Shown: positions 37,667 through 52,431, counted from the first letter of the whole stretch. The stretch is DNA of 63,960 bases, filler included, from Octopus bimaculoides (GCF_001194135.2; 5 parts of 4 records of this genome joined end to end with filler, not necessarily neighbours in it), one strand, 5' to 3'. Notes: a model not told the origin generated them from the sequence alone. Numbers and translations: made by a program.

Positions 37667-40611
37667 CATCATATATATATGCATATATACATACATATAT
37701 GTACATAAATATATATGTGTATATATATGCATATATGGGCACAGGACGTCATAAAACGAAAACAACATGGAATACGAACTTTTTTTGAGAACAACGAAAG
37801 AAACAAATGGAAAACAAGATAAGTAACATAAAGAACGACCCTTCATTAGTTGTCGGCTGTTTTATCTACTCCACTTTTCGAGCAATTACGACAAGATGTG
37901 TCTTCGAGAAACAGTTGCTCCCGCAAAGCAAAATAAAATTTGGGATTTGCGGAGGGTCAAATTTAGTAACAAAAAACAGGACAGTGAAAACAAACAGTAA
38001 GGGCTGCTAGACCATAACGAGGTGAGGTGGCGAACGCTGGAGGAACAAGCTTTGACAGGAGAAAAGATAGGAGAGGAGACAGACAAAAGTGCTTGTGATC
38101 TGTGTGGCAGATCAAAAGGAAAAAAAAATTCAAGTTAGGAAAAGAAAGATAACCGTTAAAGGTGCGAAACTGAACAGTACAATTGGTCGATAACTGATAA
38201 AGAATTATGAACTTTCTGATTGTCTCCCGTTCGTTTTTACATTCAGTACACGTTACGTCGTTTGTTTATCCATTTTTTCATATATATANNNNNNNNNNNN
38301 NNNNNNNNNNNNNNNNNNNNNNNNNNNNNNNNNNNNNNNNNNNNNNNNNNNNNNNNNNNNNNNNNNNNNNNNNNNNNNNNNNNNNNNNNNNNNNNNNNNN
38401 NNNNNNNNNNNNNNNNNNNNNNNNNNNNNNNNNNNNNNNNNNNNNNNNNNNNNNNNNNNNNNNNNNNNNNNNNNNNNNNNNNNNNNNNNNNNNNNNNNNN
38501 NNNNNNNNNNNNNNNNNNNNNNNNNNNNNNNNNNNNNNNNNNNNNNNNNNNNNNNNNNNNNNNNNNNNNNNNNNNNNNNNNNNNNNNNNNNNNNNNNNNN
38601 NNNNNNNNNNNNNNNNNNNNNNNNNNNNNNNNNNNNNNNNNNNNNNNNNNNNNNNNNNNNNNNNNNNNNNNNNNNNNNNNNNNNNNNNNNNNNNNNNNNN
38701 NNNNNNNNNNNNNNNNNNNNNNNNNNNNNNNNNNNNNNNNNNNNNNNNNNNNNNNNNNNNNNNNNNNNNNNNNNNNNNNNNNNNNNNNNNNNNNNNTATC
38801 ATTGTTTTAAATTATCATTGTTTTAAATACAAGTTGAACGAAGTTTAAGTTTAAAATAATAATGAAGATAAAATTAGTACATATTTAACCGGTGTAATAG
38901 TTAAAGCTATACTATTTAAAGCTAAAAACATTTATTTAATTATAATTAAAGATCAATTGAATAATAGAAAAATACAAGATTATTTATTTCTACAAACGTA
39001 ATAATAAAAAATATGAATGAAAAAATTATGAATGGAAAAATTATGAATGAAAAAATTAGGAAAGAAAAAATTATTAAGAATAAAAGATTAAACTTTATAT
39101 ATATATACAAAGTTTTGATTTAAAAAAGAAAAAAAAACTTTAACGAAGTTCTAATATTATGTTGAAATGAAACTATAACTCTAAAGTGCACGCACTTATA
39201 CTATTTTAATGAATACGTGGTCAGACGACATGCTAGAAGTAGCAACCAACTGTATTCCAAACGACAGTAAATAAGAATTTTTTTGCAGAAAATAAAGAAT
39301 TGTACGGGTTGAAGCGAAATTTGTCAGTGAACCAAAGAGCTAGTATCGAAGGAACCAGAACAAAGCCGTTAACAACAGAAAAACACAAACCCGTTGCAAA
39401 AGTAAATAAATTTTTAAGGAAATTACTTCGCAATGTAACCGAGGAACGGGTATTTTCTGCCCCCAGGGGGCCCGTTACTCGTTATGTGAACATTTTAAGA
39501 GTCTAAAACCATCCCTGGAACATAAGTAATGCATGTTCCCAGTTTGGAGAAAATCAGTTGAAAAATACGGCCGTTATAATCTTTTACACAAACACACACA
39601 CACAAACATACACACAGAACTTTTCAGCACTTCATTTAACTAAATGATGCCGTAATTGTATGGTTTTGTATTGCTTACGTTTAAAATCGTCCCATACACA
39701 AATTCCTTTAAATTCAAAAATCCATTACTAAACCAAGTCCTCCTACCACGATCACACTAATAAGTACAATAGCCAAAGCAAACCTATTGCATCACAAATA
39801 CATGGCTAACCGTTGCTATTCAACCACTAATCGTAGTTCGAATCGAACCCCTTCCACCCACACTGCCACATCTACTTAACCGTGATTCAGAATTAATCAT
39901 AACGACTTAGCAATATGATTCAACTTGATATAGAAACCAACTTTGGGGCAACAGCCAGCCATCTCTGAAACCAAGTTCTACAACAATTAGAATTCTTATC
40001 TACCACTAACTAATTCAGAACTTAACGCTAAACTCTCCAGGCTTAAACATTCCCTCTTCAAAATCTTACACAAACACCCCACCTTATTCCCTTCGGTCAC
40101 AATTCTTAATCTTACAAAACCTATAGTCTAATAACATCATATATCTCCTTCAGAAAAATAGAGGGAATTCTACGTCTCGATAAGCACACATGCAGAGACT
40201 TCGTGATCAACACTTAAACACTGGTACGCTATGTTACACAGATACACACACACACACACACACAAATTTATACATGTGAATATGTGTGTCTCTGTATGTG
40301 CGTGTATATGTATATGTCTGTACATCTGTCTCTGAGGAACGCATAGCAGGGTGAAATCACGTAATCTGGCAGCTCCGTTAGCCGAAGCAAGTGATCCTCG
40401 TCTATTAACGATATAATGACGAGTGCTTTTAAGCACCACGAGTCCTTGTGAAATATCCTCTCAAGCTAAATTATGCAGTATTCTGTGTTCTAACACAAAC
40501 TCCATGTTAAGTGGGAGAGCGAGAAAACCTTTTGAATGAATGTGTTCTTTAATGTAGTTGCATTTTCGGTTACATGTATGTCTGCGTGTGTGTGCGTGCG
40601 TGCGTGCGCGC

Positions 40612-40660
<49 letters not shown>

Positions 40661-41859
40661 AACGCGTGCGTGTATTTTCTTCTGTTTTTAGTCGTTTCAA
40701 TTCTTTACCTGAAGAAAGATCTGGTTTCTAACAATGATACAAAGTTCTATCTTTGGAATGTAGATAATGAAAAGTATGTCCCATTTGAAACCTGAGAAAA
40801 GTCTTGTCAAGTTTTACTGTTCCGCTTAGGGACTGTATCTGTAATGTGCGAATCAGTAAATTTGTTTTTCTGATAATCCAAGCTTATCCAGACTGACAGT
40901 TTAGGCATTTACTTACAAAAGTAAGTACACCGATTATTATTGGTATAAATGTGAATTTTTAATCTGGATATAGAAGCAGGAGGTTTCAGAGCAGCTGTCC
41001 ATAATAATCCTTTTTCTCTTTAATTTCCAAGGAGATAGTGACGTCAGCAGGGAGGAGCTGAATATACTTGAGGACTCTAGACCTCTCTTGGAAAATGTTT
41101 GTCTTAGAATAGCACCACACACGTCAAGAATTTATACACACACGTGCGCGCGCGTATATATTCATGTATGTATATGCACACACACATATATATATATATA
41201 TATATAAATTATACTATTTTATAGAGATTGTTATTAATTAACAATACTCGTAGACAGGCTACAATCGATTTGGCTAGAACGTAATTATGTGAGTCGTCCT
41301 TTTCTGTATTGTCTCCATGGTGTCTTTCGTGTTGTGGAACATCTTGATGAGGGGAGTCTCTGGTTTCTTTAAAATATGAAATTCATGCCATATTAACTGA
41401 CACGTCTCCGAAACGGTCCGTCGATGAGATTTTGGATCTATTGAACATTGTCTATAATTTGAGTATGTCCGTTTAATGCTTTAAAATGTCTAACTTTCCA
41501 CTTTCCACTCGCATTGTGCTGTAACTTGAAATCTTTAGTCCTTATGTCATATCCTATGAACTTATAATTAACTATGTCCTATATCATATCGACGTCTTCT
41601 ATTTTAAAATGCCTATGTATTTATAAATGTTTTCAAATAGTTTTAAATATCTACGTGTTTTCAAATATTTTATATGCTTGTGTTCTAACCTGTAAATTTT
41701 TATTGCTCTATGATATACCGTGTGAATTTATAATTCACTATATCTTATAAAATATCGACGTTTTTATATCTAATTATGTGTATATTTATGTGTTTGTATT
41801 ATTTATATATTTCTAAAAATGCCTATGTATTTATAAATGTTTTAAAATATTTTTAGATA

Positions 41860-42280
41860 CCGTAAATCTTCGAGTATAATCCGTACTTTTATCCCAAAAT
41901 TTAAAGGTCAAAATTTCTAGTGCGTACTATATACGAGGTTAAAAATGAAAAATATTTTCTAAGCAAAATTTTCTAAGTGATAAATATGTAAAGGCAATTT
42001 ACTTAATATTTATTTTTCACTGACGTTATTACTGTTATTTCTTTATTTTCTGCAAAGTGCACAAAAAAGTTACACGTTTGTATTATGTTATATATACAAT
42101 AACAATAAAGGACGTTACCGTATATACGTTTACAAACCAAGGACGTTACATAGATCTCATTGACTCAAGTAAGAGCAGGGGTGCGTATTATACACAAGGT
42201 TTAGGTTTTTCAGAGGTACAGACCCCTAAAAATCCCCTGCGTATTATACTCAAGGGCGGACTATACTCGAGGATTTACGG
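41860..42280. mobile_element. Tc1/mariner-superfamily (pogo/Tigger-like) MITE, 421 bp
   Basis: TIRs CCGTAAATC(T/C)TCGAGTATA(A/G)TCCG with a TA duplication at 41858-59 and 42281-82. Repeated subterminal GCGTA(T/C)TATA motifs. Confidence 0.9.
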
Positions 42281-42456
42281 TATTTACGGGCTTATAAAAT
42301 ATGTTTATGTCTATATGCTTGTATGTTATTAATACTTCTATTAAGTTGAGCTTTATGTTGCTTTATCAATGTCGAAGAAAGTGCGCATATATATTGACTA
42401 TTCTGCTGGATAATAGGTCATGTTCCTCTAGTCTTCCGCTCGTATTGCCTCCACTC

Positions 42457-42491
<35 letters not shown>

Positions 42492-44372
42492 CACTTTCCT
42501 TGGATAATGGAACTGCAACTGTAACATCCTACATATATTTTTACTGCACTATACATACATAATACATACGTACATACATACATACATACATACATACATA
42601 ATACATACATACATACATACATACATACGTAAATACATACATACAATTACTGAGAACATATATTTTTTTCGTGGTTAGATGATTCGGCATCTATTTCTAA
42701 CATATAGGAATCCACTTTTGCTGGTCATTCCTCTTATTTTTGTATGTAATATAATTTTAATCTTCGGATTTTTTTTTTTTGATATGCTAGACCACTGGTT
42801 TTAATTGATTAATATCAATTTCTACCCTCATTAATAAATTTTATATAATAATGTTCTCTAACCAGTAAATTAGCTGCAAAAATTTATTAACTGCAGAATT
42901 ATTTCCGGACTTAGCGCGCCAGATTGAAGACATTTGAAATGATACACTGAGTGTAATTTGTAGAACTCTACACGTGCTCCCTTTCGGGTGNNNNNNNNNN
43001 NNNNNNNNNNNNNNNNNNNNNNNNNNNNNNNNNNNNNNNNNNNNNNNNNNNNNNNNNNNNNNNNNNNNNNNNNNNNNNNNNNNNNNNNNNNNNNNNNNNN
43101 NNNNNNNNNNNNNNNNNNNNNNNNNNNNNNNNNNNNNNNNNNNNNNNNNNNNNNNNNNNNNNNNNNNNNNNNNNNNNNNNNNNNNNNNNNNNNNNNNNNN
43201 NNNNNNNNNNNNNNNNNNNNNNNNNNNNNNNNNNNNNNNNNNNNNNNNNNNNNNNNNNNNNNNNNNNNNNNNNNNNNNNNNNNNNNNNNNNNNNNNNNNN
43301 NNNNNNNNNNNNNNNNNNNNNNNNNNNNNNNNNNNNNNNNNNNNNNNNNNNNNNNNNNNNNNNNNNNNNNNNNNNNNNNNNNNNNNNNNNNNNNNNNNNN
43401 NNNNNNNNNNNNNNNNNNNNNNNNNNNNNNNNNNNNNNNNNNNNNNNNNNNNNNNNNNNNNNNNNNNNNNNNNNNNNNNNNNNNNNNNNNNNNNNNNNNN
43501 NNNNNNNNNNNNNNNNNNNNNNNNNNNNNNNNNNNNNNNNNNNNNNNNNNNNNNNNNNNNNNNNNNNNNNNNNNNNNNNNNNNNNNNNNNNNNNNNNNNN
43601 NNNNNNNNNNNNNNNNNNNNNNNNNNNNNNATATGTGTGTATATGTGTATGTAGCTGCAGGAGTGCATACAGTTGTATGTATGTTTTTATGTATGTATTG
43701 AAAGTCTTTAAGTAACACTACTATCGCCACTTTAAAAGGCCACCACCACCACCACCACAGCCACTACAGCCACCACGAGTGAAATAACAATGAAAAAAAA
43801 AAAAGAAAAAAAGAAACTGTTCGCCACCGCCGTCACCTTCCCGTACAAAAATACATTACACAATCTCCGGGAACAAAAAAGCAAGGAAAGAAATAGAGAG
43901 GGAAAGGGGGAGAAAGAGAGAAAGAGGGAGGAAGGACGTGATTAATAATGTGAGATAGAGAGGGGTAGCGCGAACAGTGTGTGTGTGTGTGTGTGTGACG
44001 CTGTGCAACAGTTTGTTTGTGTTTGTTGAAGTTCTATATAAGCCGAGACTTGAGTAGATCAACTGTCAGTACAGACTGTGTTTAGAGGAGGAGAGATGAC
44101 AGCGGAGAGATTTGTAGTTTAACTGACAAGCGTCATGTAGAAATGTGATGTAATCTATAGGATCGCATACAACCGGTGTAGATACAAGCATATACGCGTA
44201 CACACACGCACATACAAACACACACGCACACACATACACACATATATTCATATATATACACTTATATACTTTAACACATACACACTACACACATATGTAC
44301 ATAGTCTAACAAAAATATACATCTATGCATTGACACATATTTATATGAAAACGTTTACCCATTGGGATACAT

Positions 44373-44433
<61 letters not shown>

Positions 44434-44533
44434 NNNNNNNNNNNNNNNNNNNNNNNNNNNNNNNNNNNNNNNNNNNNTTAATTAATTAANNNNNNNNNNN
44501 NNNNNNNNNNNNNNNNNNNNNNNNNNNNNNNNN

Positions 44534-45330
44534 AATGGAAACACTTTAGCATCGTAGCATTATAATTTTGAAATATCTATAAAACCATCAAAAGCTTGTT
44601 ATTTTTATGTTTTTTTTTTATTATTATTGTTGCTTAAATATATTTTGCTGTTTCTCTTCAGGTATCATTAGAAAAAGGTAATTAAAATGACATATCTATC
44701 GGACTTTCAAAGAGGTCGAATTGTTGGTGCTCGTATGGTAGGCGCTCGCGTAACTAAAACAGCCGAAATGTTTGGTGTATTAAAAAGTACTGTCTCGAAA
44801 GAAATGACAGCCTTTTAGAAAGAGGGAAAAACTTCCTCGTCGAAACGAAAATTCGGAAGATAACCAAAACTTTCAGCTAGGGACCGTTGGATCTTTACGA
44901 GAATTGTTGGAAAGGATCACAAAAGTACAGCTCCCAAAATTACTGTAGAGCTGAGTGACCTCCTCGAGAACCCAGTTTCTACAAAAACTGTTCTCCGGGA
45001 GCTGCACAAAGCTGGATTTCACTGGAGGGCTGCAAACTGAAAACCACTACTTTCAAAAACAAGCGTTGCAAAACGTTTAGAGAGGAGTAAAATCCTAGAG
45101 CAGTGGAGGAATGTTATTTTGTCTTATGAGTCATCATTTACCTTATTTCCGACCACCAGCCGAGTATACGTGTGCAGGAGCGTTTGACACATACTGCTTT
45201 CTTCCGACTCTTAAACATGGAGGAGGATCTGCAATGATCGGGAGGGGAGGGCTATATCTTGGAAATCCTCCGGCCCAGTAGTTTCCATTCATGGCAGAAT
45301 TAATAGTCAACACTATTTAAGCATGTTATC
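44534..45330 (+). mobile_element. Tc1-family transposon remnant (transposase pseudogene from ATG 44687)
   Basis: MTYLSDFQRGRIVGARM...VSK..TAF*KEGKTSSSKRKFGR*PKLS.RDR...KITVELS...NPVSTKTV.RELHKAGF...KPLLS...WRNVILSYESSF...KHGGGS.MI..SW...GRINSQHYL. Multiple stops and frameshifts; 3' truncated. Confidence 0.92.
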
Positions 45331-47469
45331 TGTGTTCTATCAAAGTCCCTTTACTTCTTGTAGCCTGTATTTAATCTTAGTACTTTTCTTTCTTACTTTC
45401 TATCTTTTTTCGCATCATGAGACAAAATGAGTGAGAAAAGTAGAATTCGTCTTCAACTGGCCCCTAGAAAAAGAAATGAGACAGAAACTGAATAATAAGT
45501 GTACACGAGAGATAGAATCAATATGAGGAAAGGTGTGAAGGAGATAAATTAACAGAAAATACACATAGGATGATTTATACAGAGCGACAGAGGAAGAAGT
45601 TTTCAGATAAAGAGAGAGATGCACTGTCTCTCTCTGTCTCTCTCTCTCTCCCTCTCTCTCTCACTCTCTCTCTCTCTCTCTCCCTCTGTTTACATACACA
45701 CACACACACACACACAATGAGAGAAGAGAGTTTCATATCTAATCGTACATTGTCGGCTAAATTTGGGGCCTCTACACTGTCTTTGAACTCATGGAAATGG
45801 TAAACAATTCTCTCTCTCATAGACTAGCATCGTTAGTGAATAATGGCCATCAGATATTATGTCTGGGAAAAGAAAAGGGTGCATTGCTTACAGTTTGATG
45901 GACTTTCATATGTCTGCTTAGTCAGGGCTATGCACCATTGTTGTCATCTCGAATTGCACAGATAGCAGCCAAATATACCTCAAATCACACTTCACATTCA
46001 TACGTAGACACGCCAACATTATCGATAATTTCAACATGGTACTTCTATTCACTGAGTCAAATGCGTTAGCTTGATACACAGAAACTTGCAGAAGAGCGCA
46101 TTGTCCCTGACAAGACCACCTGGAAACATAACTGTGGTAGGCACTTCCTTTTAGTTACGCCAAAGTGTTTTAAACTTAACCATGTATTAATTGTTGTATA
46201 ACAAGTCGATTTTAAGTGATGTTCTTGCAAAATTAAGATGGATTTTCTTCATTCAGTGAAGAGTTGTGGAATACAATACAGAGTGAAGACAATAAAACAG
46301 ATGACAACAACAGGCAGATATTAATAATATTGTCCGTCAATTTAAATGGTAACACATTCATCTTATCAACTATTTTAACACATTTATCTTATCAACGAGA
46401 TACACACACACCTCTATACATACAGTTTATATACACACACAAATATATATATATATANNNNNNNNNNNNNNNNNNNNNNNNNNNNNNNNNNNNNNNNNNN
46501 NNNNNNNNNNNNNNNNNNNNNNNNNNNNNNNNNNNNNNNNNNNNNNNNNNNNNNNNNNNNNNNNNNNNNNNNNNNNNNNNNNNNNNNNNNNNNNNNNNNN
46601 NNNNNNNNNNNNNNNNNNNNNNNNNNNNNNNNNNNNNNNNNNNNNNNNNNNNNNNNNNNNNNNNNNNNNNNNNNNNNNNNNNNNNNNNNNNNNNNNNNNN
46701 NNNNATATATATATATATATACATACATATACACGTACACATATGTAAGGAAATATACGTATGCATACATTCATTTAATCACTCGTATACACACTTATAT
46801 TTGTGTATGTGTGAGAATGCAAATGCGTACGTATTTGCGTGTGTTGGTTCATGTTTATAATTATCTGTTACAAGTCATATAATTATAATTTTCTTGTCAT
46901 TGAAAATGACATCAATTTAAATGGTATTCACTTGATAAATATTCTTTACAGTTATAAAATAGTAATTTTGAAAAAAATTCTGTCAAGTTTGAGGTGTATA
47001 GTCGTTGGTTAGTTTCTATCACACTATCGAGAATTATACTAAAATTATGGAGAAAAATTAATCAATAATATAATTATTACTGAATTCTTTATTTTAAGAA
47101 TTACTTAGCTTGCATTTTTTCTGGAGATAATTTACAATTGAACAGGAGAGGCGTATACATATTTTTATAAATACAATTTTATACACGCTCCTAATTTTTT
47201 ATTCCTATGCGCTATATGAGTTTTGTATATCTCTTTCTGTCTAAACACTTATAGTACGCGCATACGGTGTATAAAATTATTTAAAAAATAACATTGACAC
47301 AATGAGTGACACCTTGAGCACGACGTTTTTTGTCTGTGCTTTTGTGTGTCCGTACGTAACAGGTAAGCTTTTATGTATGTATGTATGTATGTGTGTGTGT
47401 GTATGTATGCATGTATGTATGTATGTATGTACGTACGTACGTGTGTACGCATGTATGTATGTCAGTATT

Positions 47470-48480
47470 CAGTTTTATTTCAAACTTTCTTACCAATAGA
47501 GAAAGATCAAACTTCGAATCAGCTTTCTCCTTTCCTTTCTGGTTTTAAGAAGCCTAATTTCTCAAAATTGGTATTAAGGCAGTGTGTTACATATCTCAGG
47601 GACCCAACAGTTACAGGTATAAACCTGAACTTGTCATCTGGGTAGAGTAACTATAGTTTTCTCAATAGTAGCCTAGGCATTCTCTTCTTTTTTTTTTTTT
47701 TTTACTGATCGTCAGCTTTATGTTAACATCCGCTGGGCAGCAAATTTCCGCAACCGTACACAGTTTCTCTTTCCTATCCCAACTCATTATATCAGGTCTG
47801 TAGCGCTTACATCTTTTAAAATTTATTTTGAGGTTTTTCACTGAGACATTACACCAGTACTTCTTTGTTTTATGAGTGGCTATGGCTTCTACCATACAGT
47901 GGGTTCTTACTTCTTTGTCCTCAGGATTATCCTTCCGACGGATTTATAGAGTGTCCTAGCTGCAACATCATGTCACATCAGTAGCAGATACCGCGATGAC
48001 ATTTTCGGACAACGGCTTATGTTGTGGATGATATCTTCGGTGTTAACTCCACAAAGTCTGCATCGGTTGTAACATTTTACTGCTTTTCCTGCATCTGTAT
48101 CCCATCTGTGCATCAGATATTTGACTGATATTTCCTGTTCCTGGATAGCGAATGCATACCCTCGAAAGTAGGAGATAATAATCCGCGTATTGCTCCATGA
48201 GAGACTGCTATGATAATGCAGTCAATGTTACTATGATCTTGGAATTTCCTATTATATCCGTACATATTCTTCTGCTCATATATACTCATCATACAATGAA
48301 GACTTTTCTTTTAATACTTTCAAGTTTCATAAAGGGAAAACCAGTGAATTATTATTTCCTGTGCAATATCATCTAGCATAAGTGAATGTGTGCTGGCATC
48401 TGACTATGTTAAAAATCACTATTATTTTTTTGTTCATTCCCCGAGAATTTTAGGAATCTGTAGGTCTCATTGGAAAGTAT
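47470..48480 (-). mobile_element. 3' part of an RLE-encoding non-LTR retrotransposon (R4/Dong- or NeSL/Utopia-like)
   Basis: FEGYAFAIQEQEI, CCHC knuckle CRLCGVNTEDIIHNISRC, RHD-like motif (*HDVAA), RPDIMSWDRKEKLCTVAEICCPADVN (PD..(D/E) endonuclease) and FRFIPVTVGSL...EKLGF. Stops and deletions throughout. Confidence 0.85.
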
Positions 48481-51074
48481 ACTGCTTTCTTTTGTCACAC
48501 TCCTGTACATACAGAACGCGTATCTCGGCGGAGCCGATTTTCCATTCAACCGCCAAAGCTCCATAAAATAAACACAAGGAAATTACGGGAGCCCATTTAC
48601 TCGAGTATTTGTCTATAAAAAAATCGTGGCCCTTTGCCAAAAGCTAGGAGTTCTATTATTGGTATTATTTCATCAGCTACGGATGAACGAAAAACGAAGT
48701 CAAGGAAGAGAATATTTGAACGAGAAACAAGAAAACTACGTAATTACATAACCAAACCCTTTAATGCATTACATCTGTCACTTTACTGTTTCCGACTTCT
48801 CGACCATCTGAATAATCAATGAGTTGTTTTATTGGAGATCCATTTAGGGCGTTAAATGGTACTAAAACGAAGAGGAAAAAATATTAACTCAGCAATGTTT
48901 GAAGATCCATTTTCGTCGTGGAAAATGTAAATCTAAAAAGTTTGATGTTTATATTATTTTTTCAGAAATTAGTCATAGTGCTGAAAGAGGGAGAAAAAAA
49001 AACATAATGCAGAAAAGCGAACTAGAAAAAATATATGTGAATATTTGCTTCTTGTTCGTGTTAGAGATAAATACATCTGTAATTTATTGCTTAATTTCGA
49101 TTTTATGGGAATAAAATAGATTTCTTTGATTTGTACGTGTAACGTTTTTCAGTCTCTCTACAAATTTGCCAATAAAATTCCAACAGTTTAATACTAATGG
49201 TGGATGGCACTGGCTGAGATAATGATTTTTAGAAAAATAAGCTCCAATTTTAGTGTAATGTCCAGATTTTGTTATTTTAGAATATCATGTTAAGGTTTTA
49301 CTTTAAACGCCATTTGGTTTTAAAATATCGGGTAAGGCTCAAAACTGTCATAGTGTCGAACCTAGGAAATTTAGAACAAACATCTAAGGTAACAAAACAA
49401 ATGAAATAAGTGAGACTATCTGGAAACCTGCAAGTGTTAGATAAATAATTAATTAATTTTATGAATTCACTTGCTGAAGAATGTCATCAATATTCGCATA
49501 AAGAAAATCAGGAAATATGTTAGTTCAGAATATAAATATCACTTCCTTTGAAGTTAAGTGAAGTGTAAATATTAACTATAAACGAGTAATAAAACTGGAT
49601 CATTTGCATGTATATAATTTAAGTTAAGATTTTTTTAATGCACGTATCGGAATTTAGACTGTTCCTATGTTTATAGACAAGCAAGAATGCTCATTTTATA
49701 TACACTATAAAATGCCAAATTATCAATTATGGTATTTTTTTATGTATGTTTGTCTATGTTTAATGTCCGGGAGACAACACTGCTTCTAATCGAATTTAAT
49801 TCGTATTCTAGAAATAACCTGAGGTTATTTTATCGATGTCTAAGCAAGAGGAAAAACTGTATGGAAATTAAATTCCTATATTAAATCATATTTTCTAGAA
49901 TTATGCACATGGAACCACAATTATGTCCATATCTATGCTGTAAGACGATGAGATAGATCACCGAAAAAGTTTTATTAATAATACGACGTGTGTAAGCGTT
50001 GCAGGATCTTGACAACGAACAGTTAATTCCTATTAAAGCAATTTTTATTTCACTCAATTCCCTTCCTTTTTATTACATACTAAATACCCTTTATCACAAC
50101 TAATGGGGGCATTCAAATGTTTCTACTCACTTATTACATGGAATAAACATTGAATCATTTGTAATCTTGCTGAATAAGCAAGGAGCAGAGGGATGAGTCC
50201 ACTGGGTACTAGACGACTGTCTATAAGTGCTATCTACCTTTCTATCGGCGCGGCGTACGTTTTCACTGCCAAGCAACTATATTTTCTATGGCCAAATCCA
50301 CTTTACGTTTAGCTGTCAATAAAGTAGACAATATAATTATTAATGGATGTAACAGCAACACTGGCTAGCTAAGGATGGATTTGTTAGATTCAGTAGTCAA
50401 TACTTCTCGCTAAAAAGTTGCCATACTTAAGTTGTAATTTTTTTCGCTTCGCATTAGGGTTGTAAAAACCAACGAGTTACAACAATCAAGTGCATCCTTT
50501 CAATTGAGAACCCATTCCGTTTTCTCTACTTTCATATGTTATGACAATGTATCCTATTCCCATTATTATGGTAATGTAGCTCATTCATATTTAGTAAGTA
50601 GTTCCTATTCGTTATATACGATTATATGATACCAATATGCATTTTTTCTCAAACAACGACCCTAATATACTGACTGTGTGTTCCGTTCTTATATACAAAA
50701 AGAGTGTGCTTTGATTATTAATATAGTGAAACATGTCTTGCGCTTATATACAGAAACACTGCATGATTATATTCCATTAGATTGGGCTCCCCACTCCATT
50801 AACTGTAATAGTGTTCCTCTTTAAAATATCGTGGTAAAGTGCCTTTATTTTCAATATTTCAATATTGTTTTACAGTATCATTGTTTTTAAATTATGAAAA
50901 TACTCCTATCTTAATATAACAGAATTTCCTTTCAATTTTTTGAATATTCTGTTCTCTTTCTAACATATTTTGAAAATCTTTCTAACGTTATATCAATTTT
51001 CGTTTTTATAATGTTGTACTTATCCCACTCTTGTAAATACGATACGATTGTTTCTCTTTATCTAGTACATCAGA

Positions 51075-51132
51075 TAAGTTAGGGACAAAAGCGTTATCTA
51101 GTACATCAGATAACGCTTTTGTCCCTAACTTA
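51075..51132. repeat. Perfect 25-bp inverted repeat with 8-nt loop, preceded by a 20-bp direct duplication
   Basis: TAAGTTAGGGACAAAAGCGTTATCT-AGTACATC-AGATAACGCTTTTGTCCCTAACTTA. TTATCTAGTACATCAGATAA occurs at 51058-51077 and 51094-51113. Confidence 0.95.
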
Positions 51133-51290
51133 GCGGAACAACGTCCTTATAAATATATTCATTTCCATGACAGGCAGAAGTCTTTAAATATAACAGTCAT
51201 AGAGTCAATATCATCGATACCATTGCATGACGGTATTTATTTTATCAACCACCGAAATGAAATAATAAGATCATATTTTTTCCCGCCATT

Positions 51291-51590
51291 TTAAAGCCTA
51301 GCCAGGCTCATGGGCCCGGTTTCCCGGTTTCTATGGCGTATGTGTCCCCACCCCGCCAGCTGGACGGGACGCCAGTCCATCGCAGCGTTACTCAAGAAAC
51401 AGGAAGAAAGAGTGACAGAAAGTTGTGGTGAAAGAGTACAACAGAGGTCGCCACCAACCCCTGCAGGAGCCTCGTGGTGCTTTAGGTGTTTTTGCTCAAT
51501 AAACACACACAACGCCTGGTGTGGGAATCGAAACCGCGATCCTCCGACCGCGAGTCCGCTGCCCTAACCACTGGGCCATTGCGCCTCCAC
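51291..51590 (-). mobile_element. tRNA-derived SINE family C (OR1-like head) with tail X
   Basis: rc head gtggaggcgcaatggcccagtggttagggcagcggactcgcggtcggaggatcgcggtttcgattccc has A and B boxes; near-intact, so young. Confidence 0.9.
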
Positions 51591-52346
51591 AATAACATCA
51601 TATACGTCTTTTATATATCGGCTCGTTCACATAAAATTGTTCATAAAATATTTCGAGGGATTCAATTGCCTCAAATTATACGTCAATTTTACTTTCCTTA
51701 TAACCTTACCAATACCATTTTCTATCTCCCATCTCCCCATTCTCCTCTCTTTCTCTCAGGCAAATGGTAAGAGTACGGCAAATGAACAGCTTCAATCCTT
51801 CTAGAAATCTTCTTCATATTAATTAGTGATGGCGCACATGTAACCGCCTTTCCGGGATTTCGAATTTTACCCTGAAATTCTGAATCTCATTACGGTGATT
51901 ATTTCTTGTTTTACTTTTAATATTTATTTTATATAATATATGATCTGCAATGAAATGTGACGTATTTGTCGTTGCAGTTGTGTGCGTCTGCGTGTGTGAG
52001 TGTAAGTACGTGTGTGTGCATGTAAGTGTACGTTTGTGTACAGTATGTATGTATGTATGTGTGTACGTGTGCATCAGTAACAGTATGCATGTCGGCAAAC
52101 GATTACGTATGAGGATAATGGTTGTTGTATTTGTCTCCTCATACATATATATTGCTGTTCAATATACATATGTATATATTCGAAGACCACAAGCCCAGAA
52201 CTGATCATCTCTCTAGCATATATCCTATGCCGTCATATTACCGTACTGCTATGTCATGTGATCGTAAAGAAGACAGCAACAATCGTCATCCGGTGTGAAC
52301 CGCATAAAGATAAGTATCGTATACAAACACATACACACATACACAC

Positions 52347-52431
<85 letters not shown>

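Noticed and set aside
39620-40170. A/C-rich block that might be a PLE N-terminal region
   Set aside because: No diagnostic motif in any frame I read.
50245-50325. Minus-strand acceptor followed by AKRKVDLAIENIVAWQ*
   Set aside because: Too short and no compatible upstream exon found.
51520-51590. tRNA genes (also 55475-55545 and 60938-61005)
   Set aside because: tRNA-like heads run into SINE bodies and lack a paired acceptor stem; these are SINE promoters.
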